In this document: one piece after another, positions 40,583 to 51,438 of the stretch
Numbering within the stretch: the stretch's first letter is position 1
How the letters are laid out: each line of letters begins with the position of its first letter
IMG/VR virus record: IMGVR_UViG_3300038312_000193
DNA: 64,000 nucleotides
Strand: one strand, 5' to 3'
Source of the DNA: a virus
Notes under the pieces: generated by a model
The model's input: the letters and a program-made list of their open reading frames with translations, nothing else
Database searches by the model: none
What the model was told of the DNA's origin: nothing
Made by a program: the position numbers and the translations under genes

Positions 40583-42082
40583 CTACCAATCAATTGCTAC
40601 ATGAGTGATACCTACTTCTTTCATAATATTACGTGACATATCATGTTCTATGACTACTTGATAAGCATTGGCACTACCTTCTCTATTTTTTATAATAAAG
40701 ACAATTTGATACCTCTTATCAGCATCTAATTTTACTGGAATTTTAGTTTTACCATTTTTACCTTCAAGTCTATATACTTTTAATTCATGTTTACCATCAG
40801 GAAATTCATCGTCTAAAACGTCTCTAATCATAATACAAGTACTTGCTGGATCAACAATATTTTTTGAAACACCTATATTATCTTGCGTGTAATACCGTTG
40901 TTTAGCACTACCTTTAACTAATTGAAATGTACAAGTTATATGTAGATTTTTTGCTTCTGGTTTTACAACATCATTAATATCAACCATAGCTTGTTGCATT
41001 TCTAACCATGAATTATTTGTTACTTTTCCAGCATCCATTTTAAAAGTATCAAGAACAAAATATTTAACACCCATACTGGCATATTTTTTAATTACTTTAA
41101 TAGCTTTAGAAGTTTCATATTTTTCAAAAGGTATAAGTGTAATAGTATGATTATTAGCTTGTTGTTTTAACCATTCGGCACTCTCTCTTAATATTTGAAT
41201 TACTTCATCACTATATTTTCCATCTCTAACTATGTATTTTTGTAAATCCTTCTTGAATATATTATTGGCAATCCATACTAACATTTCTCTTTGCCATTTC
41301 TTTTTTCCATCTTCGTTTAATATTATTACAACCTTTTCTTTTTCTTTAATAATACTAGGTATAGTAACCGATCTTGCGAATGTACTTTTACCTACATTTG
41401 ATAACCCACCAATTAAAGTAATGTTGCCTATTAACATACCACCTGTTTCTTTATTTATAAGTGGTAGATTATAAAAAGGCAGACCTATCGCAATACCTTC
41501 ATTCAATTCTTCAATTAAATCATCAATGCCATCAGTAATACAATAACTTTGCACATCTCCTTCTACGTTAACAAATACATGATTTAGTTGAGTTTCAAAC
41601 ATATCATAAATTTCTTCTGCATTCATATCTACAAATTGTTTAATCTTATCATGAATAGGAAATCTTCTTGCTAATAATTGCAATACGGCATTCCACTTAT
41701 TTAACTCATTAATATAACCACCGATATTTTCAACAATAACATATTCTTTAGATTTATCAATGGTATCATAACCACCATATTCATCATACTTTTGTTTAAG
41801 TTTAGGATGTTTTTCAAGATATAATCCAACAGTAATATCATCTAAAGACTTTTTGCTTTCTTTAACAATAATGTCATAACCAATTTGCCAATAAACACGC
41901 CAGATGTTATTACTAAAACTTTTAAGGTTCAATTTATCATATGTAAAATATAAATCAGGATTTTTATACAGAATAGCAACTATATTTGCTTCACACGCAA
42001 GTTTATATTCTTGAACTTGTTTACTACTTTTAATCAATTCAATTTCTAATGGGGTTAATTCTTTGTCTTTTTTATCTGCCAT
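40583..42082 (-). CDS. Replicative DnaB-like helicase
   Basis: GGLSNVGKS Walker A, LDTFK, QL, KNREG. Confidence 0.88.
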   Translation of the reverse strand: MADKKDKELTPLEIELIKSSKQVQEYKLACEANIVAILYKNPDLYFTYDKLNLKSFSNNIWRVYWQIGYDIIVKESKKSLDDITVGLYLEKHPKLKQKYDEYGGYDTIDKSKEYVIVENIGGYINELNKWNAVLQLLARRFPIHDKIKQFVDMNAEEIYDMFETQLNHVFVNVEGDVQSYCITDGIDDLIEELNEGIAIGLPFYNLPLINKETGGMLIGNITLIGGLSNVGKSTFARSVTIPSIIKEKEKVVIILNEDGKKKWQREMLVWIANNIFKKDLQKYIVRDGKYSDEVIQILRESAEWLKQQANNHTITLIPFEKYETSKAIKVIKKYASMGVKYFVLDTFKMDAGKVTNNSWLEMQQAMVDINDVVKPEAKNLHITCTFQLVKGSAKQRYYTQDNIGVSKNIVDPASTCIMIRDVLDDEFPDGKHELKVYRLEGKNGKTKIPVKLDADKRYQIVFIIKNREGSANAYQVVIEHDMSRNIMKEVGITHVAIDW

Positions 42083-42096
42083 TTATTCACCATCCA

Positions 42097-42564
42097 TTAC
42101 CACAATTCATCTAGTTCATTATTCACCTTTTTATCTTTAGATTTATTTTTATATTCAGCACCTTCATGAATCACATTCGTAAGATCAATTTTTTCTATTT
42201 TTTCTTCGGATTTAACTTTTTGCTTTAATCTATTAACAACATCATTAATATCTTTTTCAATTATTATCATTATTGTATTGAATTTATGTTGCTCATTTTG
42301 AAAACTAGATGATTTTACAATTTCTTTTATCTTTATTTTATTAAGTTTAAAAGTATATAATATATGTTTATATTCATATTTAGCCATAGGTTTGACATAT
42401 TTATTTGCCATAAATTTACCTTCGACTAAACCTTTTAATCGTAAAATCATATACTTAGGTAATGCTTGATTTGTATATTCAAATATTTCTGTTTTTATGT
42501 ATTGATATAATTCATCCCAATCATCTTTTTCTTGCTGTGTCATTTTTACCATTTTAAATTTCAC
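42097..42564 (-). CDS. Conserved replication-module protein (SPbeta YorH-like position)
   Basis: Synteny between ATPase and helicase. Confidence 0.5.
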   Translation of the reverse strand: MKFKMVKMTQQEKDDWDELYQYIKTEIFEYTNQALPKYMILRLKGLVEGKFMANKYVKPMAKYEYKHILYTFKLNKIKIKEIVKSSSFQNEQHKFNTIMIIIEKDINDVVNRLKQKVKSEEKIEKIDLTNVIHEGAEYKNKSKDKKVNNELDELW

Positions 42565-42610
42565 CTACTTTAAAGAATTAGAGGGGATATACCCCTCTAT
42601 TTAATTTAAA

Positions 42611-43777
42611 CTAAACTGTTTTAATAAATTTAACAAATTCTTGTAGTTTACTTATATCAGCAGAATCTAATTCTTTTGCCGATAATTCTAACTCTTTCAT
42701 TTTCTTAGTTATTTTAGATACTTTTTCTTTATCCTTTTCGCTAACTATTACTGCCATTAATTCTTTAAATTCACTTATTAAATTTTCTCTTAATTCTGTT
42801 TCATTTTTTTGTTGTATTTCTTCTTTTTTCTTAGTAGCAACTTCTTCTACAATTTTATTTTTTGCAATATCCTGCTCTTGTCTTGCTTCATCAATTGATT
42901 TTTTATCAGGTTGTTTTTCATGTTCAATTTTAATTGCATCTTCAACAGCTTTGATAAATTCATCTGAATCAAAAATTATTGAATCAATAATTCCGGAGAA
43001 TCTTGATTTAGAGTCAATATTAAAATTATCATCTCTAAATGTAATCTTTCTAATTTCATTACTTACTTTTCCTTGAATTTTTTCTTTACCAGAAAAATCT
43101 TTTTTACCAGTTTTCTCTTGAATTATTTCTCTATCAATACTAGCAACACCAAGTATATGCAATTTAGTTTTAAGTGCATTAAAATAATTATATTGCATAT
43201 TTGTTGTTAAGATATCATAATCCATTCCAGATACAGGATCATTCATAGTTCTCTTTTTCGTATGTCCAACCAAGAACATAGCAACCCCTACTTTTTTAAG
43301 TTCCCACATTCTTTCCATAATTAAATCTATAGTATATTTTTCACCTTCGCCATAACCACCCCATGCCTGTTTAATGGTTTTTGCTTCTCTTTTTTCCTTT
43401 TTACTAGGATTTTCTCTTATTTCTTTATTATAAAGTCTTATAGCTTCTGGTTCTGCTATTCTAATTAATTCATCGATTGTATCCCATATGATAACTTTTA
43501 AATCTTTGTAATCTGTAAGTTTATTTTCAATTATATCTTCGGTAAATTCATCAAATGTATCCCAATCAGGAATATCTTCATAAATAGCACCAGCAATTGC
43601 ATCTATTCCATCTTCACGACCAGTATTGGCTATTATGTATCCATTTTCACCAACTAAAGTTTCACATACTTCTTTTGCTAAAGTTGTTTTGCCTACTCCA
43701 GATTCTCCTATAAGTCCAATATTATAAGCCAAAGGGTCAATTTTAATCACATTTTTCTTTCCAAATTTTCTACTCAA
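42611..43777 (-). CDS. AAA ATPase (Sak4/AAA_24-like)
   Basis: GESGVGKTT, IWDTIDE, GGYGEG, GH. Confidence 0.8.
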   Translation of the reverse strand: MSRKFGKKNVIKIDPLAYNIGLIGESGVGKTTLAKEVCETLVGENGYIIANTGREDGIDAIAGAIYEDIPDWDTFDEFTEDIIENKLTDYKDLKVIIWDTIDELIRIAEPEAIRLYNKEIRENPSKKEKREAKTIKQAWGGYGEGEKYTIDLIMERMWELKKVGVAMFLVGHTKKRTMNDPVSGMDYDILTTNMQYNYFNALKTKLHILGVASIDREIIQEKTGKKDFSGKEKIQGKVSNEIRKITFRDDNFNIDSKSRFSGIIDSIIFDSDEFIKAVEDAIKIEHEKQPDKKSIDEARQEQDIAKNKIVEEVATKKKEEIQQKNETELRENLISEFKELMAVIVSEKDKEKVSKITKKMKELELSAKELDSADISKLQEFVKFIKTV

Positions 43778-43855
43778 ATATATACTCCTTTCATTCTTAA
43801 CAATTACATACTTAAAGGGTGAAAATAATCACCTTTTTATAATTATTTAATTTTA

Positions 43856-45079
43856 CTAAAAAGGTATTTCATCCAACATAGCATCTAAATCGTCTAAACT
43901 ATATTCTTCTTTATCATCATTGGTATCAGAAGATGTTGTTTTATTATTATCCTTTTTACTATCATTATTATCTTCATCTTCATTAACTAATTGACTCAAA
44001 AATACCAAATCATCAAATTTATATTTATCTTCTGTTCTCATAATAACAGGTGTTTTTTCATCACCTTCGCCAACCATTCTAATAACAGGTTTTTTAATAA
44101 CCATTTTCTTTTCTCTGGTATTTCCAACAGCACACTTTGCTAATGCTTCTTCTTCAGTATAAGCACCTAATTCAATTAGTTCCTTAATATCATCAGGAAT
44201 ATCATCAATAGTAATATTTACTTTTGCTTGACCTTCGATAATATTACCTTCAACCATAATTTCATTAACATTGTCTTTTTTGGCTTTAAACATCTTATTA
44301 AGAAGTTTTGTGCCTTTTTCAATTTCTGTTTCAGCAACTTCAAATTGGAACGTTTTAGGGAATACAACATTCTGTTTAATTTCCTGTTTCTTCTCACCAT
44401 ATTTGCCAACATAATCAATTACATATGCTGATATTGGGAATGCTCCAGTTTCTTTATCATATTTACCAATACTATCTTTATCAACAAGAATAGTTTGCTG
44501 GAAAGTTGCAGAATATTTAGAAGATTCATCTGCTTTTGAAAGAAATACCGATGTTACTTCTTTCTTAATCTGAGTATTACCTTGATATGGGGAATACTTT
44601 AAATTACCTTTAACATTAATAACCGTACCTTCAGTAAGATTTTCTTGAATATATGCGATTGCATCATAAGCAGATAGGAATCTCTTTATAAATGTTTTAT
44701 CTTTAGCATCTTTTTCAAGACCTATAGTAATAAAGCATTGTTTTCCAACCTGATCAATAATATCTTGGTCAAATCTATCATCCCAATCTATTGTAAATCT
44801 GTTTTCAAAATCATCTACTTCTTTACCATTATCATCTTCAATTTTACCATGAACATAGATTACAGAATCACTTGTACTACTATATCCACCCATCATGTCA
44901 CAATAGACAGTATTGCCATTGCCACAATCTACTCCAAGATTCATATTATTATAAACCCATCCTGAATTAGATTCCTCGTCAATCTTAAAAGTGTAGTCAT
45001 TAATCTTTGCCTCACCAATTAGTTGAAAAGTTGAAGCTCCTTTTTTAAGAACAGTTTTTTCTTCTTCTTTTTTCGCCAT
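43856..45079 (-). CDS. Probable single-stranded DNA-binding protein
   Basis: Beta-rich body, acidic tail ending DEIPF; first gene of the replication block. Confidence 0.65.
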   Translation of the reverse strand: MAKKEEEKTVLKKGASTFQLIGEAKINDYTFKIDEESNSGWVYNNMNLGVDCGNGNTVYCDMMGGYSSTSDSVIYVHGKIEDDNGKEVDDFENRFTIDWDDRFDQDIIDQVGKQCFITIGLEKDAKDKTFIKRFLSAYDAIAYIQENLTEGTVINVKGNLKYSPYQGNTQIKKEVTSVFLSKADESSKYSATFQQTILVDKDSIGKYDKETGAFPISAYVIDYVGKYGEKKQEIKQNVVFPKTFQFEVAETEIEKGTKLLNKMFKAKKDNVNEIMVEGNIIEGQAKVNITIDDIPDDIKELIELGAYTEEEALAKCAVGNTREKKMVIKKPVIRMVGEGDEKTPVIMRTEDKYKFDDLVFLSQLVNEDEDNNDSKKDNNKTTSSDTNDDKEEYSLDDLDAMLDEIPF

Positions 45080-45119
45080 ATGTAACAATATACCTCCCAA
45101 TTTTATTTTATATTTTTTA

Positions 45120-45818
45120 TTAAGTATTTATATACCTATACTCACCAAAGTATTCTATTTCTGCTTGCTTTCTAACTTCAACAGCTTCATCGAAAATATC
45201 AAAGTAACCTAAATGAATATGTTTATTATTTATAGTAATATATGCCCTCCATTTTTCTTTATCTTCTCGCCAAACAACTCCTTTAATACCAGATGTATTA
45301 TTACTTTGAGTCCTTCTATTCATTTGATTCTGACTTGGAGTAACTATTCTTAGAAATTCCTTTCGGCAATCAAATTTTTTATGAAAAATATGATCTACCT
45401 CCATATCGTCAGGACAGTTCATAATAATTCTGTGCATAAGTATCTTATTATACCCAGTTACAATATAACCATCTTTGTTAAAATGCCAACTATAATTTTT
45501 TATTTTATTATAGTCTTCTAAATCAAACCAAAATTTTTCTTTTTTAAAAGTCCATCCTACTCCATACTCACCTGATAAATCGTATGTATTATGATTTTTG
45601 TTTATTTGACTTATTTCTTTAATTTTTTCTCTTTGTAAGCAACCGCATGATTTAGTATGTCCACTTCTTAAACTTGATCCCTTTATCACTTTTAAACTAT
45701 TTTCACCTTCACAATTACATTGGCATAACCACTGAGGTTGACCCTGTTTGTCATTTTCTGCCCTTTCTAATACAGTCAATCTTCCAAATGTTTTATTTTT
45801 TAAATCTATAATAGCCAA
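45120..45818 (-). CDS. HNH-AP2 homing endonuclease
   Basis: FGRLTV, WLCQC.C, TKSCGC, VDHI, NTSGIKGV...KWRA.I...HLG.F. Confidence 0.85.
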   Translation of the reverse strand: MAIIDLKNKTFGRLTVLERAENDKQGQPQWLCQCNCEGENSLKVIKGSSLRSGHTKSCGCLQREKIKEISQINKNHNTYDLSGEYGVGWTFKKEKFWFDLEDYNKIKNYSWHFNKDGYIVTGYNKILMHRIIMNCPDDMEVDHIFHKKFDCRKEFLRIVTPSQNQMNRRTQSNNTSGIKGVVWREDKEKWRAYITINNKHIHLGYFDIFDEAVEVRKQAEIEYFGEYRYINT

Positions 45819-45840
45819 TATATCTCTTCCTTAACTATCT

Positions 45841-46113
45841 TTAATCCTCTTCTTCAGTTTCCTTAACTAACTTCAAACTACCTTCGCTAATCACAACAAT
45901 AGGCCAGATTTCTTCGTAATTTTGATTAATTGGAACTAACTGGATTTTCAACTTTTCATTTTTTCCGTTTAATTTAGTCACGAAACCTTGCTTAACTTCT
46001 CCTGTAGATTCAATAGTGAATTCAATTTTATTTCCTTCGCTAATTGTAAGCAATTCTCCCTCATCATCTACTATAACAATAGACTTATATGGGTTAGTAT
46101 CGATTTCTACCAT
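45841..46113 (-). CDS. Hypothetical protein
   Basis: GGAGG RBS; first ORF after promoter. Confidence 0.6.
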   Translation of the reverse strand: MVEIDTNPYKSIVIVDDEGELLTISEGNKIEFTIESTGEVKQGFVTKLNGKNEKLKIQLVPINQNYEEIWPIVVISEGSLKLVKETEEED

Positions 46114-46253
46114 ATATATTATTTCCTCCTTTCTTCTAAATTTTCAACATTTACTTATTTTAAAATAAATTCTTATATATGAATTTATATAAGACAAAAT
46201 TAACCAAATCATGATCCAATCCTTTGATCTATGTTGTTTGCTTTTATATTTAT

Positions 46254-46282
46254 ATTATACATTTAATATAATGATTTGGCAA
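46254..46282 (-). promoter_or_regulatory. sigmaA promoter of the replication operon
   Basis: TTGCCA-17 bp-TATAAT. Confidence 0.7.
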
Positions 46283-46290
46283 GTAAAATT

Positions 46291-48177
46291 TTACCTGCCT
46301 ATCATCTTCAGAAAATCATCTTCTTGCAAGATTTTAACCCCGTCTTTTCTAGCTTTATCTTCTTTTGAACTTCCTTTAATACTACCAACCACTAGATAAT
46401 CAAGTGACTTAGCATATCCACTTGTAAACTCAGCACTTAAACCTTCACAAATTGCTTTAAGTTCATCTTTCTTATATGAAGCAAATGTCCCGGTACAATA
46501 TAGTTTTTTACCTGCAAATGGATTATCTGTATTGGATACTTCTTTCTTTTCTATTTGTTTAACATTAAGATAACCCATTAATTCTTCAAGTAAATGAAAA
46601 TTACTAATGAAACTATCAATAATATTATCTCCAATACCAACAATACAACGTAACATATCCATAATTTCAACTTTAGGAGAAGTTTTTAAGTTATTCCATG
46701 TTCCAAATTCTTTAGCGATATCCTTACTTACTTTCCTACCAACTAATTCAATTCCACTTGCATAGATTGCCTTATCAAAATCACAATTCCTAGCACTCTG
46801 AATATTTTCATATATCTTCTTTGCCGATTTCTTTGCAAAACCATCTAATCTTAATATTTGTGCTTCTGATATATCAAAAATTTCCCAAAAATTTTTAACA
46901 ATATACCCTGCGTCAATAAATTTTTGAATCGTTTGTTCAGATAATCCCTCTATATTAAGTGCATCTCTTCCTACCATATGTTTAGTTCTGTAAAGTAATT
47001 TTGCTTGACAATTATTATTAGTGCAGAACAATTGATCATTAATCTGTTTTAAGGCACTTCCACATGAAGGGCATTTATCTATTATTTCAATAGGTTCACT
47101 ACTTTCAGTTTCTTTACATTCAATTACGGCAGGAATAACATCGTTTGATTTTACTACTAATACTTCATCACCTATTTGTAACCCTAATGCATTAATATAC
47201 CCTATATTATGCAACATAGCACGTTCTATAGTGCTTCCTAAGATATCTACAGGCTTCAATTCAGCTACAGGAGTCACCCTACCCGTTCTGCCTGTTTGCC
47301 AAGTTATAGAGTTTAAAACACTCCACTCACCTTGATTTGGAAATTTGAAAGCCACAGCAGAATTCGGGTGATGTTCAACTTCACCAAACACATCTAAAGC
47401 ATTCGCTTTATTAGATTTAATAACAAGACCATCAATCTCATAATCTAATTTTAAACGATCAAAATTTTCAATAAAACTAATTGCATCATCTATTTCACTA
47501 TAATTCCATATGGTATCTGCTTCAGGAATCTCAAAGTATTCTCTAAGTTCTAATAATTGCCGAATATGAGAATTTGCTGATCCTACAATTTCATAAGCAA
47601 TAAATCTTAAACCCTCTGGTACATTAGAATTATCTTTATTCCTTAAAATACCTGCTATTGCATTTCTAGGATTTTTAAATAATTCTTTACCTTCTAATTC
47701 TCTTTTTGCATTTATTTCTTTAAATAAAGAAATAGGCATTATTGCTTCACCACGAATAGGTAAATCAAATGGTAAATATTTAAAGGGATGATTTTTATTT
47801 ACGAATTTGCTTGCACAATAAGTAACATCTTCCCCTATTAACCCATTACCTCTTGTAACTATTTTCCCATCAGGATACAAAACTAAAGTCAACCCATCAT
47901 ATTTTGGTTCAATAACTACTGGAAAAAGTCTTTTAATTTCCGTTTTTGCTTGTTCAATAGTATTAATTTTACCTAATGATTTAACAGGAAATTGATGTGT
48001 ATATTTTTTAAATTGTGCTTCTCCAGGTATGTAGTTATATTCCTGTTGGTTAATTAAATTAAGATATTCAGATTTTAAAGCATCGTATTCTGCATCAGAT
48101 AATTCAGGATTATCTTTGTTATAGTACAAATCATCATGATAATCTAATTGTTGTTTAAGGTTTTGAATTTTATCCAT
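46291..48177 (-). CDS. ligA: NAD-dependent DNA ligase
   Basis: EPKYDG, TRGNG..GEDVT, NPRNA, DGLVIK, GRTGRVTP, Zn finger, HhH, BRCT. Confidence 0.95.
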   Translation of the reverse strand: MDKIQNLKQQLDYHDDLYYNKDNPELSDAEYDALKSEYLNLINQQEYNYIPGEAQFKKYTHQFPVKSLGKINTIEQAKTEIKRLFPVVIEPKYDGLTLVLYPDGKIVTRGNGLIGEDVTYCASKFVNKNHPFKYLPFDLPIRGEAIMPISLFKEINAKRELEGKELFKNPRNAIAGILRNKDNSNVPEGLRFIAYEIVGSANSHIRQLLELREYFEIPEADTIWNYSEIDDAISFIENFDRLKLDYEIDGLVIKSNKANALDVFGEVEHHPNSAVAFKFPNQGEWSVLNSITWQTGRTGRVTPVAELKPVDILGSTIERAMLHNIGYINALGLQIGDEVLVVKSNDVIPAVIECKETESSEPIEIIDKCPSCGSALKQINDQLFCTNNNCQAKLLYRTKHMVGRDALNIEGLSEQTIQKFIDAGYIVKNFWEIFDISEAQILRLDGFAKKSAKKIYENIQSARNCDFDKAIYASGIELVGRKVSKDIAKEFGTWNNLKTSPKVEIMDMLRCIVGIGDNIIDSFISNFHLLEELMGYLNVKQIEKKEVSNTDNPFAGKKLYCTGTFASYKKDELKAICEGLSAEFTSGYAKSLDYLVVGSIKGSSKEDKARKDGVKILQEDDFLKMIGR

Positions 48178-48203
48178 AACTTCCTCCTTTCGTTTGTATA
48201 TTT

Positions 48204-48232
48204 ATTTTATACTTTTAATAAAAATTTGTCAA
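48204..48232 (-). promoter_or_regulatory. sigmaA promoter of ligA
   Basis: TTGACA-17 bp-TAAAAT. Confidence 0.7.
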
Positions 48233-48270
48233 GCATTTAATTTCATGACCAAAAACTAGGTTGGTTTTAA

Positions 48271-48822
48271 CTATGATAAACCAGCAAACTTGCCATAATA
48301 TTTTTGTCTTGCTTCTTCTGCAATCCTTCCAGCTTCATTAACATCATCAAAATAACCTATTATTATTCGTTTATTATTTCGACACAATGACACTTGCCAT
48401 TTTTCTCTTTGAGAATTCCAAAATACATTTCTATAACCACTTTTATTATTAGAATTTTTGCTTTTACGATTCTGATTATTATTAGGATGTAATGTTACTC
48501 TTAAATTAGATTCTCTATTATTTAATCCATTGTGATCTTTATGGTCTACTCGTATATGTTTCTCAGTAGCATCTGTTAAAAATCTATGTATAGAGATTGT
48601 TTTTGGATGTTCTCCAGATGGATACACCATTGTACGAACATAATATGTTTGTGATCCCTTATCCCATTGAGCATTCCATCTATATCCTGCTTTAATAAGT
48701 TTATCTAATTTTTCTAAATCTACAAAACATTCAAGAATTTTATTCTTATGCTCAATAAATAATACAATATCTTCACCACGTATTTCATAATTATTAAATC
48801 CTTTAAAATATCCCTTTGCTAT
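48271..48822 (-). CDS. HNH-AP2 homing endonuclease (probable ATA start)
   Basis: IHRF, VDHKDHNGLNNRESNLR, NKSGYRNV..KWQV; frame open to ATA 48822 after GAAGGTG. Confidence 0.85.
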   Translation of the reverse strand: MAKGYFKGFNNYEIRGEDIVLFIEHKNKILECFVDLEKLDKLIKAGYRWNAQWDKGSQTYYVRTMVYPSGEHPKTISIHRFLTDATEKHIRVDHKDHNGLNNRESNLRVTLHPNNNQNRKSKNSNNKSGYRNVFWNSQREKWQVSLCRNNKRIIIGYFDDVNEAGRIAEEARQKYYGKFAGLS

Positions 48823-48878
48823 ATTATCACCTTCTTTATATTTTTATTTTAATAACATTACCAAAGACGCATTTGGAT

Positions 48879-49112
48879 TTATTTTATAACATTCATATTT
48901 TTATCAATATCATATTTTTTACTTTCTTCATAAGTAATTTCAAATTCAACCACTTCGGCATTTAAATATTTCTCACAATCTTCAAACATGTTTAAATGAC
49001 CATTAACATTACCAAAAGTTGACCATGCATGACCGTTTTTACTCCAACCACCATACATACCTTTATTAGCATATAAACCTGTTTCTTTATCTCTTATTTT
49101 ATAAACCTTCAA
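48879..49112 (-). CDS. Hypothetical protein
   Basis: GGAGGTG RBS; bounded by sites. Confidence 0.6.
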   Translation of the reverse strand: MKVYKIRDKETGLYANKGMYGGWSKNGHAWSTFGNVNGHLNMFEDCEKYLNAEVVEFEITYEESKKYDIDKNMNVIK

Positions 49113-49198
49113 TAAATTTCACCTCCTATAAATACCAATATAACGACTTTTCTGTTTTAACCAAATCAGACTTTTATAATGATTTTGTTCCTATTTGT

Positions 49199-49882
49199 TT
49201 ATATTATATTTTTGATTCTAGGTGTTATAATTTCATCTATGTATTTTGATTTAGTTTCGGTTGCCAGCCAATTACGATTATTTTTAATACAACTTTCAAT
49301 TTCACTACCTGAACCAGCAAAAGGAATATAAACTAAATCATTTTCATTTGAAGATTGAGTTATTAGGATATCAGCAATTTCTACACTTTTTTCAGATGGA
49401 TGTTTCCTTTTTTTACCTTTAGGGAATTTTACATCTATTAAATTAGATATGGAATTATTATTTACTTGTTTTGCCTTACCAATAGAATTTCTAAATAATA
49501 ATACAAATTCTATTTGTTTCATATACCAACCGAATATTACTTTATTACCTTTATTCAGAACTATTACATTCATCAACTTTAAACCACATTTATCTGCATT
49601 ATACAAAATATCTAATAAATTTTTATCATTACTATAAACATATAAATGAGCAGACGGTTTTAATATTCTTTTAAATTCACTCATATATTGATCAGCTTGA
49701 AGATAATCAAATAATTTTCTTTCTTCTTTATTTCTATAAAATATCCCACTTCTCATTTTCCCTGCTCCTCCACCAGCTTCTATTTTATATGGTGGGTCAG
49801 CGATTATTAAATCAATATATTCATTAGGCAATTGTTTCATAAATTCATTGCAATCTTCATTGTATATTTTATTAATTTCTAT
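49199..49882 (-). CDS. N6A/N4C DNA methyltransferase (beta class), probable ATA start
   Basis: IYNEDC, DPPY, HPSEK, PFAGSGS. Confidence 0.9.
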   Translation of the reverse strand: MEINKIYNEDCNEFMKQLPNEYIDLIIADPPYKIEAGGGAGKMRSGIFYRNKEERKLFDYLQADQYMSEFKRILKPSAHLYVYSNDKNLLDILYNADKCGLKLMNVIVLNKGNKVIFGWYMKQIEFVLLFRNSIGKAKQVNNNSISNLIDVKFPKGKKRKHPSEKSVEIADILITQSSNENDLVYIPFAGSGSEIESCIKNNRNWLATETKSKYIDEIITPRIKNII

Positions 49883-49974
49883 GTTTTTGACTCTCCTTTC
49901 TATAACTTTTAATCAAACAAAAATTTGGTGTTGTTTTTGTAATTTATAAATGCCATTATTTCGGACTTTGTATT

Positions 49975-50739
49975 TTATACTATTAATCTGTTTTTTGCAA
50001 TTTCACAATATTTTTCTTCCAATTCGATGCCAATACATTTTCTTTTTAAATTCCTTGATGCTAATAATGTTGTACCAGAACCGCAAGTGAAATCTAAAAT
50101 AAGTTCGTTTTCTTTTGTGTATGTATTAATTAAATATTCTATAAGAGGCACTGGTTTTTGTGTTGGATGTAAACCACTTTCAGAATTAAATTCTAAAATA
50201 TTATTCGGATAATTTGTATATTTTTGAGTATAATCATTTTGTCTGCTTGGACGTTCTTCAATTGTAGTCCCTTTTCTTGATTTGCCTTTATTGCTTTTTT
50301 GTTTATTAATTTCTATTAACCCTTGAGGATAATATTTCATCATGTTTTTACTGCCATTTGCTATGTTTCCAAAACTAAAACACATTACATCTTCATATTT
50401 TTTCATTGGACTATTTTTAGCATTTAGAAAATTACCTACTTTTGATTTAATCCATTTATAATCATATTTATAAAGTTTTTCATTGCTCAATCTTAAATGA
50501 CTACTAAATGGTTCTGTGCCAAATAAACAAATACATCCATCGTCTACTATTAAATTTTCAAGTCTATCCCATATTTCTTTATAATTAATTACACTATCCC
50601 ATTTACATGCTGTAGTCCCATAAGGTGGATCAGTGATTATTGCATCAAATTTTATACCCTTCTCAATAATCTTATCCATCACTTCTAAACAATCACCTTG
50701 AAATAGTCTTATGTATTCATCTTTATAGTATAATTGCAT
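49975..50739 (-). CDS. N6A/N4C DNA methyltransferase (beta class)
   Basis: GDCL, DPPYG, HPTQKP, DFTCGSGTT. Confidence 0.93.
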   Translation of the reverse strand: MQLYYKDEYIRLFQGDCLEVMDKIIEKGIKFDAIITDPPYGTTACKWDSVINYKEIWDRLENLIVDDGCICLFGTEPFSSHLRLSNEKLYKYDYKWIKSKVGNFLNAKNSPMKKYEDVMCFSFGNIANGSKNMMKYYPQGLIEINKQKSNKGKSRKGTTIEERPSRQNDYTQKYTNYPNNILEFNSESGLHPTQKPVPLIEYLINTYTKENELILDFTCGSGTTLLASRNLKRKCIGIELEEKYCEIAKNRLIV

Positions 50740-50767
50740 CTATAATTAATTCAACCCTCCTTTTATA

Positions 50768-51346
50768 TTATATTTTTACATCACTTTCAACTTCATTACC
50801 CCATACGTCCCAACCTACTCTTTTATTTCTAGCAAACAATTCAATGTAAGGTGCATAACTAACTTTCTCTATCATTTCATACATCTCTTTTGGTTTTTCA
50901 GAATGTTCCCCTCTAGGAGCAACAAATACCGTTTTACCTTGTTGCCTTTTACTATTTAAAGTCTTATATGGCAAAACACCTTTTACACCAAACAAACATA
51001 CTTCATCAAGTCCACGGAAATATTGTCCTAATCCTGCATTTTCAAATTTAAAAGTTTTACCTTCTGAATCAAGACATTCTCCTTTTACCCATGTGATTTT
51101 TGTTTTATATGTAAATCCCCATGCTTTCATAACTTGTAAACCATCTTTAAGAAAATTATTTGTAACCCATAAGTATAAGTGACAATTATCATCTGCTAAA
51201 TTATGTATTGGTAAATTTATAATATCCTTTGTTTTCATTAATGGATAATGTCTATCTGCTCCACGTTTAATCTTTCCTCCACCTGATTCCATCCAAGGAG
51301 GATCGGCATATATTGTTTTATATTTATTAATCTTTTTTACCTCCAT
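50768..51346 (-). CDS. MT-A70 family adenine methyltransferase
   Basis: ADPPW, LYLWVT, HSEKP, IELFAR...GWDVWGNE. Confidence 0.92.
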   Translation of the reverse strand: MEVKKINKYKTIYADPPWMESGGGKIKRGADRHYPLMKTKDIINLPIHNLADDNCHLYLWVTNNFLKDGLQVMKAWGFTYKTKITWVKGECLDSEGKTFKFENAGLGQYFRGLDEVCLFGVKGVLPYKTLNSKRQQGKTVFVAPRGEHSEKPKEMYEMIEKVSYAPYIELFARNKRVGWDVWGNEVESDVKI

Positions 51347-51438
51347 TTTTATATTATTGTTTTATTATGACTTGTGACAAAACCGAAGTTTTGTGTTGAT
51401 TTTTGGATTTATAAAGCCCAATATTACGGGATTCTTGT

